The position numbers were made by a program, and so were the translations under genes. Below, one piece after another: positions 52,434 to 64,000 of a stretch of DNA of 64,000 nucleotides; positions within the stretch are counted from its first letter, which is position 1; each line of letters opens with the position of its first letter. Source of the stretch: Octopus bimaculoides (taxonomy: Eukaryota); contig NC_068987.1 of the NCBI RefSeq assembly GCF_001194135.2, positions 31,910,539-31,974,538 on the forward strand, read 5' to 3'. The notes beneath the pieces are model-generated. The model was given only the letters and a program-made list of their open reading frames with translations, did no database searches and was not told the origin of the DNA.

Positions 52434-53479
52434 CGAGCAAACCTTCACTACAATCGCAAACCAACAAAATAGAACCTTCATGCAGTCACTCGATACGTTA
52501 GAAATAGCAGCAAAATTTCATCAAATCACATACTACTGTCATAAAAAAAAGATGAACACATTCGCATATTACTATCTTTAAAAAAGAACACATTAAACAA
52601 TGATCTAGTTAGCCATAACAGGTCTGTTCAATCGAACATATGATCAAAGCTGTTAGTATTATCAATTAAACTTATGATCAAAACTGTTAATGAGTATTAT
52701 ATTAGTGAGTCTACCACAATTACATCAATAATAAGTCGTTCTACTTTGAACGACAGAGATGTTTACTAGACCTGTTAGTAGTCTTCCCATCATATATCAC
52801 ATTAAATCACCAAATTCCTTCTCGGAGTCTCCTTTTAACCGCTCTCATGAATTTTCTCTAGAAATTAACTTGTGCGAGTTTAAGCTGATCTTACTGAGAC
52901 AAATAAGTGATTTGTTGAATGCCTTTTCTCCTAGAACCAACCTTTATATCAAGTAACCCTCAAAGTGACTCTCAATCAAGGGAATTACAGGTATACAGGT
53001 AAAATCACACTACGAAAGAGACCGTTCAAATAAATGAATAAAATAATAAAGAACAGTGCTTCTAGAAAGCAGCCACCAGAAGAGTAAAAGGCAGTTTAGT
53101 GAATTACATGGCCTGTTGCTGATTCTTTTGCTTCCCTGATTAAGACCAGATTGTTCCGGTCTTAACTCGGACTACCTCTGTCAACTTTACATGATCCTCC
53201 TTGTCCTCAGACTTTCACATTATCTTCTTATTCGTCACATTTCCACCCACGTGTTGGCCAAACTACATTTGTTGTTTACTTTACTCTCATCGCCAACCTG
53301 AACACACATAACTTATCCCTGCCTGGATCTATATCATGAAACCCACTTATCTCTCCATTGTGTACAGCTATCCAACCTTACAACGTGACTGGCCTGCATA
53401 GTAATCCATGTTAGCGGGACAGTTAAGTTGAATTTTTTTCTTCGCCAAGCATTCGCCTTTATTCCCCCTTTCTGTGACT

Positions 53480-53794
53480 GTCAATCCATGAAATGGAAAA
53501 AACTTTCAAAATACAAAGAACTGGAAATAGAGGTAACTTGAATGTGGAATCTAAAAACAGAAACAATTCCTATCATAGTAGGTGCCTTAGGTATAATAAA
53601 AAAATATTCAGACAAATACATAACAAAAACACCAGGACTTACAAATATATATAACATACAGAAAATTGCACTACTGGGCACTGCACATATCCTACGCAAA
53701 ACACTTTCAATACAGTAACCATAAGAGCACCACAGCAAACCACAGCACATACCCAAGGCGCACAGAGCTGCGCTCGGTAGTGAAGTGAAAGCAC
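53480..53794 (+). mobile_element. 3' end of a second REL-type (R4/R2-superfamily) LINE
   Basis: EKLSKYKELEIEVT*MWNLKTETIPIIVGALGIIKK..IQKIALLGTAHILRKTL, followed by 3' UTR running into a gap. Confidence 0.8.
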
Positions 53795-54372
53795 NNNNNN
53801 NNNNNNNNNNNNNNNNNNNNNNNNNNNNNNNNNNNNNNNNNNNNNNNNNNNNNNNNNNNNNNNNNNNNNNNNNNNNNNNNNNNNNNNNNNNNNNNNNNNN
53901 NNNNNNNNNNNNNNNNNNNNNNNNNNNNNNNNNNNNNNNNNNNNNNNNNNNNNNNNNNNNNNNNNNNNNNNNNNNNNNNNNNNNNNNNNNNNNNNNNNNN
54001 NNNNNNNGAAGATGGAATGACTTACTTGCCCCACATAAGCAAGTAGTTTCATTTTACTGTTTTTAAATAAAGTGTGCACTTATCAGTCTTGTATCTTGTT
54101 AGTTTTCCTTTTGTTTAAAAATCCACACAGTGTCACACCAAAAATTCCCTCAAATCGTCAAATATTACCACTGGTGGCAAATCATGGTAACGAAATCGAA
54201 TTCCTGTCATCACTATCCTGTCGCCAAATATTTCCTGCAACCTTCTTGCTCTTTCTTCCCCCAACAGCACCGCTTTCTCATCTCGATGGACCCACTGTCA
54301 GCCAATTTAACCCTTATTACATGTTTCATTTTTGAAATTTTCTTTTCTATCTCTACACTTTTTTGTAACTTA

Positions 54373-55650
54373 TCATAGTTCTTTCATATTTTCCCTTCGG
54401 TGGCTCTCTTTGCTGTTCTTCATCACTCTCTTCCTCTGTTGCTGGTATTCCCGTATCTGTTTGTCCTTCCTTCTCACTTTCATGTCTCTTCTTCTTCCGT
54501 CCTGCGCCTCCTTACTAGTTGAAGGCAACGGTCTTTCTGTTCGTTCCTCGCTTGGCTCCTCATTCCTTCTTTTCTCGTTCTTGTTCTCCTTTGCCTTTCT
54601 TTTTTTCTTCGGGCTTTTAGGTGGAGATTCCACATTACTCCTCTTTCTTTGTACCATTGTATATTTTCCCACCATTTCCTCCTCCTCCGCTGTTGCGCCC
54701 TCTTCTTCCTGGCGCTCTTTATCCGCCTCCTCCTGTTCGTGTTTCTGGGGACACTTTGCTTTCATGTGTCCCCTTACCCCACATATATAACATACCGGGG
54801 GGTCTCCCTTCAACCACGATTCTTAATCTTGTCTCATCTGGTAGCACTAGCTCTTCGTCCTTCCCCACCCCCACCAGTTCACCTCCGTCGTTCTCGATAT
54901 TTTCAATACCTGAGTGTCTTTCTCTGTGTTATAGAGGATGGCTGCCACCAGCCACGCCTCATCAATTTCTGGGGGCACTCTACTTATTCTTACTCTGGCC
55001 GCACGTTTGCCAAGTAAGTAGGTTGAAGTGCCCACTTGCTGATCTCAAAGGCACAGTGGAGTATTTCCTTGCTTCTTCTTCGCTTACGAAGTGCACCCTC
55101 ACTGTGCTGTATTTCCTTCCTCTGGTGTAATATGTCATTATATCCTTTATCTCTCGTAGACATTCCTCTACCGCTTCCTCCGCTGCTACTTCAACATTTT
55201 TCGTTGCCACATTCAACGTTCTATAAATAATTGTCCTTTTTTCAGTTTTTTTTTTTCAAGTATTTCTTTAGGGGGCGTCAACCTCAGGCTGTCCCCCGCC
55301 TTCTTCAGCAAACCGTTATATTTTTTTAAAATTCTTCTCCTTTAATTGGATTTCTTGGACCTGAAGTACCTCCACTGACAGGCCTTTGTCAGTCACCGCA
55401 GCGTAACTGCCCGCCGGTTTACTTTCCATGACGGTATTATTCATAATTTCACCCATAAATGGGGAAGAAATAATAAAAGCCAGTTAACAACAACAATTTC
55501 GACAATTCCAGTTAATAACAGTTCAACAATTCAGTAAATTAACAATACAATGCAACAAAATTCACATGGAGCAAACACACTTCTAACACAGCTCGGAATC
55601 AGATGATTCGAAAAACAACACAAGCGACAACGCCGACGTCCTCTCAACGA
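54373..55650 (-). mobile_element. Tx1/L1-clade LINE 5' region with a frameshifted gag-like ORF1
   Basis: ORF pieces KYSTVRVHFVSEEEARKY, YLLGKRAARVRISRVPPEIDEAWLVAAI and a CX2CX4HX4C knuckle (CYICGVRGHMKAKC), followed by a K/E/R-rich tail. Confidence 0.7.
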
Positions 55651-55769
55651 TTAGCTAGAGATGATTTTTAAAATGAGAATATCTGAAATAAACTCGACTG
55701 CTCTCACAAACGAGAATACTAAAAATGAACGCAACCGCTCTCAAAAATTAAGTAACAAAAAAAAAAAAG

Positions 55770-55964
55770 AGGACAGGAAAAATAATCTAGAATCCTTGTC
55801 CGGGACCGGATTGATCCCAAAGTCTAATCAGTTCGTACCAGTCACGAGGTCAGACATCCCTGAAAGTTTCATCTGAATCCATCCAGCAGTTCTTGAGATA
55901 TCTTGTCCACGGACAAACAAACAAACACGACTGAAAACAATACCTCCGCCTTCGCTAAGGCAGA

Positions 55965-55968
<4 letters not shown>
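55770..55968 (+). mobile_element. Helentron/HINE-like non-autonomous element 3' end
   Basis: ACGGACAAACAAACAAACAC microsatellite followed by GAAAACAATACCTCCGCCTTCGCTAAGGCAGA (3' stem-loop) and (TAA)n. This is the usual HINE 3' layout. Confidence 0.55.
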
Positions 55969-56039
<71 letters not shown>

Positions 56040-56544
56040 CCTTTCTACTACAGGCGCAAGTCCTGGAATTGGGGGAGGGTGTAAGTTGATTACATCGACT
56101 TCATTGCTCAACTGGTACTTATTTTACCGAGCCCGAAAGGATGAAAAGCAAAGTCGACGTCGGAATAACTTAAACTGAGAACGTAAAGACAGACGATATA
56201 TCGCTAAGCACTTTGTCCGCCATGCTAACGATTCTGCCTGCTCGTCGCATTAATAACAACATCAGCAGCAGCAGCAAGCAACAACAACAGAAGTAACAAC
56301 AACAACAACAAAAACAATAATGATAGTAACTCAGTAAATCATAAATCATTCCGATATATTTGTAAGATATATATATGTTACATAATGTATATTTATTATG
56401 TAACGTATTTTGATGATCACCAAACAATAGCAACTCCTTAGATTGTCCATCCATCTTGCATGCTTTCTATTGATTGCAATAATTCTTCGATTTCTGTTTT
56501 CACTACAATGGTGGATACTGCCTACTGTCTCTCATTCTCTCTCC

Positions 56545-56593
<49 letters not shown>

Positions 56594-57286
56594 TTATCTA
56601 TTTACACACACATATATGTATATATGTACGTATATATATTATTTTACGAGTCTACTTAATCTAGATATATATTTATTTTATATCAACTCCTATTTATCTT
56701 TTACCCAATTACTACCATTTGAATGATCTCCCTCTTATAATATTGTTTGCTTTATACATTTTCTGGTATCAATAATCTCCGTGAGAGAAATTCATTCCTC
56801 TGTATACCATTTATAATGTTAGATATCAAGGATATTCTTTATGTGGTCTTTTTTTTTTTACTAAATTGTCATTACTTTTCCGACTTGATATTATATCGGT
56901 CTATCTTTGACGAAATCACTAAGGCTTCTACCTACCGACCTCATCTACTTTAGCTATGTTTGTCCTTGGTGTTTCATCCAATGAATGTAGTAAATCATAT
57001 TCTTTCGTGTTATTTTTCTTCGGTCATAAAGCATTATAACGGTGGTGAGATTGTAAGACATGGCAGATCAACATCGAAATAAATAACAATAGCGTATACT
57101 TTCGTATATGCAAACTGACTATACCTATCTCTCTCTCTCCCCTCTCTCTCTCTCTCTCCCCTCTCTCTCTCTCTCTCTCTCTATCTGTGTATCTCTCTTC
57201 CTACACATACATACATACACACATACACACATAGATACATATATACATGCATATGTACATATATATATACATACATGCATATATAT

Positions 57287-57343
<57 letters not shown>

Positions 57344-57814
57344 AAAATATATATATAACGAGGGTAGCATTGTTAATACCAAAAGGCAATCTTTATGTTT
57401 AACTTTATGTGGATGTTTTGTTAGAACGCTGATATTCGTTTTGAGAGGTCCTCTCATTGAGACGTATGGACCATAATATATACATACATGCATGTGCGCG
57501 CGTGTCTGTGTGTGTGCGTGTGTGTGTGAATCAGGGACTGTTAGTTCCGGCCAGATTGTTCCTTTTATATTAGTGCTGAAAAAATTCACCTCAGGATATA
57601 TATTCAGCGCTAAAGATTTCATAGAACAAAACATAACATGTTAGTGATAAAACTTACATAGCGCCTCACTATCTGTATCCAAAATGTTTATTAACAATGG
57701 TGATTAGTAAATTATATACATGTATACACACATACATACATACATACATACATACATACATAGATGCATGCATACATACATACATACATACATACATACA
57801 TACATACATACATA

Positions 57815-58890
57815 CAACAGCAATAAAAATAAATACATTAATGCACTCCTGAAAAGTGAAGTGAGCAACATTGTACGGGTTGGTAGTGAAGTCCTCAAGA
57901 AACACTCTCTTCCTGATGATCTCTTATACAGCCCCAAGTCAGCTGGGCTCTCTTACCTCAGAGAAGACCTGGATGGAAAGCACTCAGCATACAAAAAGAA
58001 TGCATGGGTATGTTGCCCGGAAACTTGAAGAAGGCAGTAGAATTGACGCAAAACGCAGCCTCTCTTGGACACAAGACCACTACATCACATCACACTTTGA
58101 AGGCTATGCATTTGCAATCCAGAAACAGGAGATTGCCACAAAGTACCTGGTGAAGAAGAAAGACAGTGACGCTCTTGTAATCCCAAGGTGCAACCGCATG
58201 TGTAGGCTATGTCATGTTTCTGTGGAAGACATTACGCATGTGATTAGCAGCTGTCCTAAAATGTCGTCACGGTACTACCTCTCTATGCGGCACGATGTTA
58301 TTGCTAAAACTATTTACGATGCCATCTGCAAAAAGTCTGTCCTGAAATACGCTTAGAAAATCCCTCTGTTTGGGAATACATTCATAAACACCAACTCAAG
58401 GAATACTGATGGAATATTCCCATCAAAACTTCTGTCAAATGTAAGCATAACAGGCCGGATATTGTTGTTTGGGACAGAGGGGCAAAGGTATGTTCCATCA
58501 TAGTGGTTAGCTGTCCCGCAGATATAAATATCTTTTTGAAAATCAAAGAAAAAGAGGATATCTATGGGTAACTACTTCGAAACCTCCAGCTTCTATATCC
58601 AGACTGTGAATTCATATCCATACCAATAATAATTGGAGCACTAAGTTTTCTTAGTAAATGCTTAAAGGAAAAACTGGGATTTTCAGAAAGAGAAACTGAC
58701 CGGCTGATTTGTACATTACAAGGGCAATCTGTGAGTGGAACAGTAAAAATATGCAAAACTTTTCTCAAGTTCCAAGTGTGAATTTGTCTGAGTTAACTAC
58801 ACCACAAACAAGGAGCCTTGTATCTTTGTTGGAAATCGGCTCCCTCCTCAGTGGAAGATTTATAATAATTAAAGATATGAGACTATGAGA
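57815..58890 (+). mobile_element. 5'-truncated R4/Dong-like non-LTR retrotransposon (CCHC zinc finger plus REL endonuclease)
   Basis: CRLCHVSVEDITHVISSC (CCHC finger), RHDVIAKTIY, KHNRPDIVVWD (PD..D REL motif), IPIIIGALSF, and a stop at 58779-58781. Internal stops are present. It is flanked on both sides by (CATA)n. Confidence 0.85.
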
Positions 58891-58908
58891 CATACATACA
58901 ATACATAC

Positions 58909-58958
<50 letters not shown>

Positions 58959-60927
58959 CCTATGTAGTAGATAAATACATTGGACAAATTTAGTTATTTA
59001 TCTGTTGACTGAAACTATGATGAACAGCCTCAATCAATTTTCAAACCTTATTGCGTTCTCATCAGAGGTGTCTGCATCAATTTGAACAAACCCAGAAAAT
59101 TAAGCAGCCAATCTGTTTATATTCTCAATAAATCCAATTGTTACAGCGAACTGGAGTTACTAATTGCATATCGTAAGTGATTAACACTTTATTTGATATC
59201 AAGGGCCTATCAACAGGGATCTCAGTTCACACAACATCAAGGTATGGTATCATATATGTTACCTATGCAGTAGATAATACGAGGTTCATAATGCTGCGTT
59301 GAATGAAATATGTATGAGTACAATCATATTTAACTCAATCGTGTACACTCGGACATAGAAATGTATTATGGTTCGCTCTATGTTCACCCCAGAAATTTCC
59401 TCGTGTGAAGTTATTAATGAACGCCTTTCATTCTATTAGTCAATTTCTCCTTCATTAACATCATTACTGACATATAACCCTTATTATATAATTTTTCCTC
59501 CCTTCTCCTAACCTTGATTTCCTTTCCTTTGATTTTTCTCTAACTAAACTCCTTCTTACTAAAATTGTGAGCTTTCTTATTTATCACTAGGATGTCTTCC
59601 CTTCTCTTGACCTCTCCCATTTTGTCTCCTCCACCCATCCATCTCCCTCATTAATTCCTGTCTATTCATTCGGTACCTACGTTCGGTACATCACTCTCAG
59701 ACGATGAATCATTCTTCACAGTAAATCAGTTTATTCCACTTTTGAAAATATTTTTTAAATATAATTTTCCAACATTGGTTTTCACCAGTTTTCTCGGATC
59801 CTATAGTTTACTTTATATAAAGTTTCTGTACCAATTTTTCCGATGATTTTTTTATGCAACTAAACCAACTATTCATGCTTAACAAGTATATGATGTTCAT
59901 TTACTAATAATGATTTGTATTCTCTTGTACTCTTGTATTCTCTTGTATTCTATTTGACTTAATGATTTGTATTCTCTTCTGGAAAACTTAATTGACATAA
60001 AATTCTCGCTCATCCGCTTCACACAATCAGAAACTATAAAGTTATAATTCCCCTCCGTACATAATGTCTATTTGAAGAGGATTTTGTTAATTTTCAGTTT
60101 TATATAAAACTCTCAATCTCCTGTTAATATGTTGGAGCCACTCAACACGGCGAGCTGGTACAGTCGTTACCGCGCCGAGAAAATCTTTAGCGGCATTTCG
60201 TCCTTCTTTGCGTCCTTAGTTCAAAATCCGCCGAAGTCGTCTTTACTTTTTATCCTCACGGGGTCGGTAAAATAAGTACTAGTTGGGCATTGAGGTCGAT
60301 GTAATCGATTTACTTCCTCTCCCGAAATTACTAACCTTGTGCCAAAAGAGGAAACCAATATGTTGAAGCCATTCAGGGGAATGTATACATCATTTGATTC
60401 CACACTAAAGATCCCCACGCTAATACATCTGCCGCCAAGTAGACGTCTTTCCTTGACCTGCGAACGATTGCCATCATATTACTTCCAAAAGCAACATGAA
60501 ATATAGCGACATTGTGCTGTGATATATAATTTACGTTTCACCAAGCTTACTGACAGTTGCTAACGACTACAACATGTACACTAAATAGGGAATACTTGCA
60601 TGAATTCTATACAGGGGATCTTATACGCTAGAATTATAGATGAAATTAATCTTAATTGGCTGACACTATAATTAGCAGTCACTGTAATTTTCTAAAATAG
60701 TAGGAGAAAAATATCCAAAGAAATATATATTTAATGATACCCTTCGAAACCAACACACGGTATTTAAAAAGTATAAAAGCAGAGAGAAAGTTAGTCCTAA
60801 TTTTATTTATATTTTTAAACAGAAGCTTGGGGAAAGATAAAGGATTCTGAATACTTAAGTCATTTTCTCTCACTTGCCTAGAAACATACATCACTGTGTG
60901 TTTTTGTATGTATCCATGTATGTATGC

Positions 60928-60960
<33 letters not shown>

Positions 60961-61214
60961 TATGCATAGGTAGGAAAGAAGGTATATATATACATATGTG
61001 TGTTTGTGTGTGTATACATACTTATTTATGTGTGTGTGTGTGTATATATGATATGCCCCAGTGGTGATATTGTCCGATCCCTCATCGCCATTGATATGTC
61101 CCATGACGACGACGTATTTCGTCGTCTCTACGGGACTGGTCCGAACGGCGTACCTTCGCCGACCGACTCCACTGTGGACCAGCCTACTTCTCGCTTAGGG
61201 GCGTCTGCTACAAC

Positions 61215-61257
<43 letters not shown>

Positions 61258-61385
61258 TATNNNNNNNNNNNNNNNNNNNNNNNNNNNNNNNNNNNNNNNN
61301 NNNNNNNNNNNNNNNNNNNNNNNNNNNNNNNNNNNNNNNNNNNNNNNNNNNNNNNTATATGGTAGGGGTACACATACGAATATGT

Positions 61386-62208
61386 ACGAGGTCTGATCAA
61401 TAAGTATGCGGACTGTTGGCATAGTAACGAAGCTAAAGCACGCAGAGTGAAGCCGCGTGGCAAAAATTTATCTTGAACCCTGTTGTGCATGTCCACTAAG
61501 TTTTAACGTTCTAGATCACTTCCGCTGTTTACAGCAATGCATGGAAGGAACGTGCATAACGTGCGATCTTCGCATTGACCATGAATCTACATCACATTTT
61601 GCCAAAAGCTTGGCCATACCTACTCAGAGGCCTACGCAAAATTACAGAAAGTGTTCGTAGAGGATTGTATGAGCTGAAAAAATGTCGATAGTAACGAACG
61701 TTCTGGGAGATGTGCATGCAGCTGTGAAGGAAAATCATCGAAGCACCATCCGTGAGTTATCAGAGAATGTGCAGATTAGTTACGGTTCAGTTCAGTCCAT
61801 GATCACTGAAGATTTGGGTATGAGACGCGTGTCTGTCAAGTTTATGCCAAAACTGCTTTCAGCTGACCAAAAAGACACACGGGTTTCAGTTGCACAAGAT
61901 CTTGATTGTGTCGAGATGAAGAAAACTTTTTGAAAACTTTCCGTAGGCCTCTGAGAAGGTATCACCAAGCTTTTGACAAAATTTGATGCAGATTCTCTGC
62001 TCAACTTCCTCTGTCACGGTCAATTTGACGACCACACGCCACACACCTTCCTTTCAAACATTGCTGTAAACAGCGGAAGTGAGCTAGAACGTTAAAACTT
62101 AGTGCGTATGCACAGCAGTGTTCAAGGTCAATCTGTGCTAAGCAGCTTTACTCTACCTTAGCTTCATTACTATGACAACAGTTCGGATACTAATTGATTA
62201 GACCACGT
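61386..62208. mobile_element. Mariner-derived element made of two inverted left ends (fold-back/MITE-like)
   Basis: Left end (T)ACGAGGTCTGATCAATAAGTATGCGGACTG at 61386; the right end reads ACGTGGTCTAATCAATTAGTATCCGAACTG on the minus strand from 62208. The transposase N-terminus EQRICIKFCQKLGDTFSEAY is on the minus strand, and the HTH region RSTIRELSENVQISYGSVQSMITEDLGMRRVSVKFMPKLL is on the plus strand (61682-61933). Confidence 0.85.
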
Positions 62209-62591
62209 TTGCATGTTTGTATGCATGTATGTATGCATGATGGTGTGTATGTTTGTTTGTATTGTACTCTTCTTCGTTCCTGCTTGACAACAAGTTCTGT
62301 ATTTCATTGAGTTTACTTGTTCCAATGAACAACCATTATCATTTTTATGTTTCAAATATTAAATTTGACGGTAGAGCACATTGTATGATAGTTTACATGC
62401 AAGGGACGGCGGTATTTGCAATAACGGATTTTCAGTTCGTTCTTGTTTTCGCTTCGTTTACTATTTGTGATAATCAGATTTTATGTCAACTATATCTTGT
62501 ATAAAAGATACAAATAACTTAGGTATTGCTTTCCTTCCTCATAATAAATACTATTAATGTGCAAGACATGGTTCTATGTCTGGTAATGTAT

Positions 62592-62640
<49 letters not shown>

Positions 62641-62642
62641 AA

Positions 62643-62678
<36 letters not shown>

Positions 62679-62783
62679 CATACACACACATACATATATA
62701 TGTATGTATATACGTTACCCGGATATAGAACCATGTTTCGCATATTAATAGTATTATCATGAGGATATGTATGTATGTATGTT

Positions 62784-62822
<39 letters not shown>

Positions 62823-63479
62823 AATATATGAGTATATGCATATATATGTACATGTATGTACATACCTTCATCTACATGTACATATAGATACATAACNNNN
62901 NNNNNNNNNNNNNNNNNNNNNNNNNNNNNNNNNNNNNNNNNNNNNNNNNNNNNNNNNNNNNNNNNNNNNNNNNNNNNNNNNNNNNNNNNNNNNNNNNNNN
63001 NNNNNNNNNNNNNNNNNNNNNNNNNNNNNNNNNNNNNNNNNNNNNNNNNNNNNNNNNNNNNNNNNNNNNNNNNNNNNNNNNNNNNNNNNNNNNNNNNNNN
63101 NNNNNNNNNNNNNNNNNNNNNNNNNNNNNNNNNCAAATTAAATTATTTTCATGGAGGGTAGTGGCGGACGGAAAACGAGACAGGAAAACGAAACGGTGAA
63201 TGAACAAAAAAGCAAAAAGGCTGTACAGCCAGACGTGAAGTGTGTATGTATTGAACGCTGTGAAGCACGAACAGGAGGGGCAAAGAAGTACGTGCGAGCT
63301 TGGGGAGTCCAAGAACGAAAAGAAATAGCAGCCGGACACACGTGACCAAGGTTGTGTAAAGAGAGAGAGTAAGAGTAGCAGAAGGAAAAGAAGGGAAGGA
63401 AGTAGAATAAATGTGAGCAACGAGAGGTAGAGAGAGAGAGATAGTAGTAGTAACGGTGAGAGGCGAAGGACGAGTAACA

Positions 63480-63541
<62 letters not shown>

Positions 63542-63967
63542 TAGTGATTTCGTTTAAGTAAAAGTGAATTGTTGGAAACAACGCTGATATCATCTGAAGC
63601 ACAATACCTGTAACTTAAATACATAACCTGATTACATTTATGGTACAGATGTCTGTGGAATACTCGGCTACTTATGCTATAGTGCAACCTGTGGACAGTT
63701 CGGTTGATAGAGCAATTGGAATATTAATCTGGAAACCGATATAAGATCCATTTGCCTTCAAGTGTATCTTATCTTTTACTTGTCTCAGTCATTGGGCTGC
63801 GGCCATGCTGAGGTATTACTTTGAGGGGCTTAGTCGAACAGATCGATCCTATTTATAAGCCTGGTATTTAATTTATTGTTACGGGGAGCAAACAAACCAA
63901 CACTGGTTGTCAGACGGGAGAAGACAAACTCAAGACATACACACATACATACATGCATACATATATA

Positions 63968-64000
<33 letters not shown>

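Noticed and set aside
54373-54813. 146-aa ORF with a CCHC zinc knuckle, as a possible host CNBP-like gene
   Set aside because: It is contiguous with frameshifted LINE ORF1 fragments upstream and has no intron structure.

Overview
Eukaryotic, AT-rich, repeat-dense draft scaffold with about 15 N-gaps. The SINE and microsatellite content looks like octopus (coleoid cephalopod); this is inferred from repeat families I recognise, not from a database search. Almost every entry in the ORF track is a translated microsatellite, an N-gap or a transposon fragment. The one host gene I can support does not appear as an intact ORF: it is an elevenin (L11-type) neuropeptide precursor on the + strand. A 24,686-nt phase-2 intron splits its mature peptide. 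Exons 27399-27520 and 52207-52287 splice to MLQLCNKTYQKCLVWTIAILLLTVHISEQSSPGM-KR-KIDCRKYIYAPRCRGVGA-KR-SFPMTNFQDKER. A probable last exon at 52367-52433 adds a second Cys pair. The rest is transposon debris: several tRNA-derived SINE families; Tx1/L1, RTE, R4/Dong-like and Penelope-like retroelement fragments; and hAT, Tc1, mariner, Tigger and Helitron-like elements. Other points of interest are several Penelope-type hammerhead ribozyme motifs, a 52-bp-arm hairpin inside the elevenin intron, a mariner element built from two left ends, an R4-like LINE sitting in (CATA)n tracts, and a degenerate ~30-bp minisatellite upstream of the gene. All coordinates were counted by eye; repeat boundaries are approximate.
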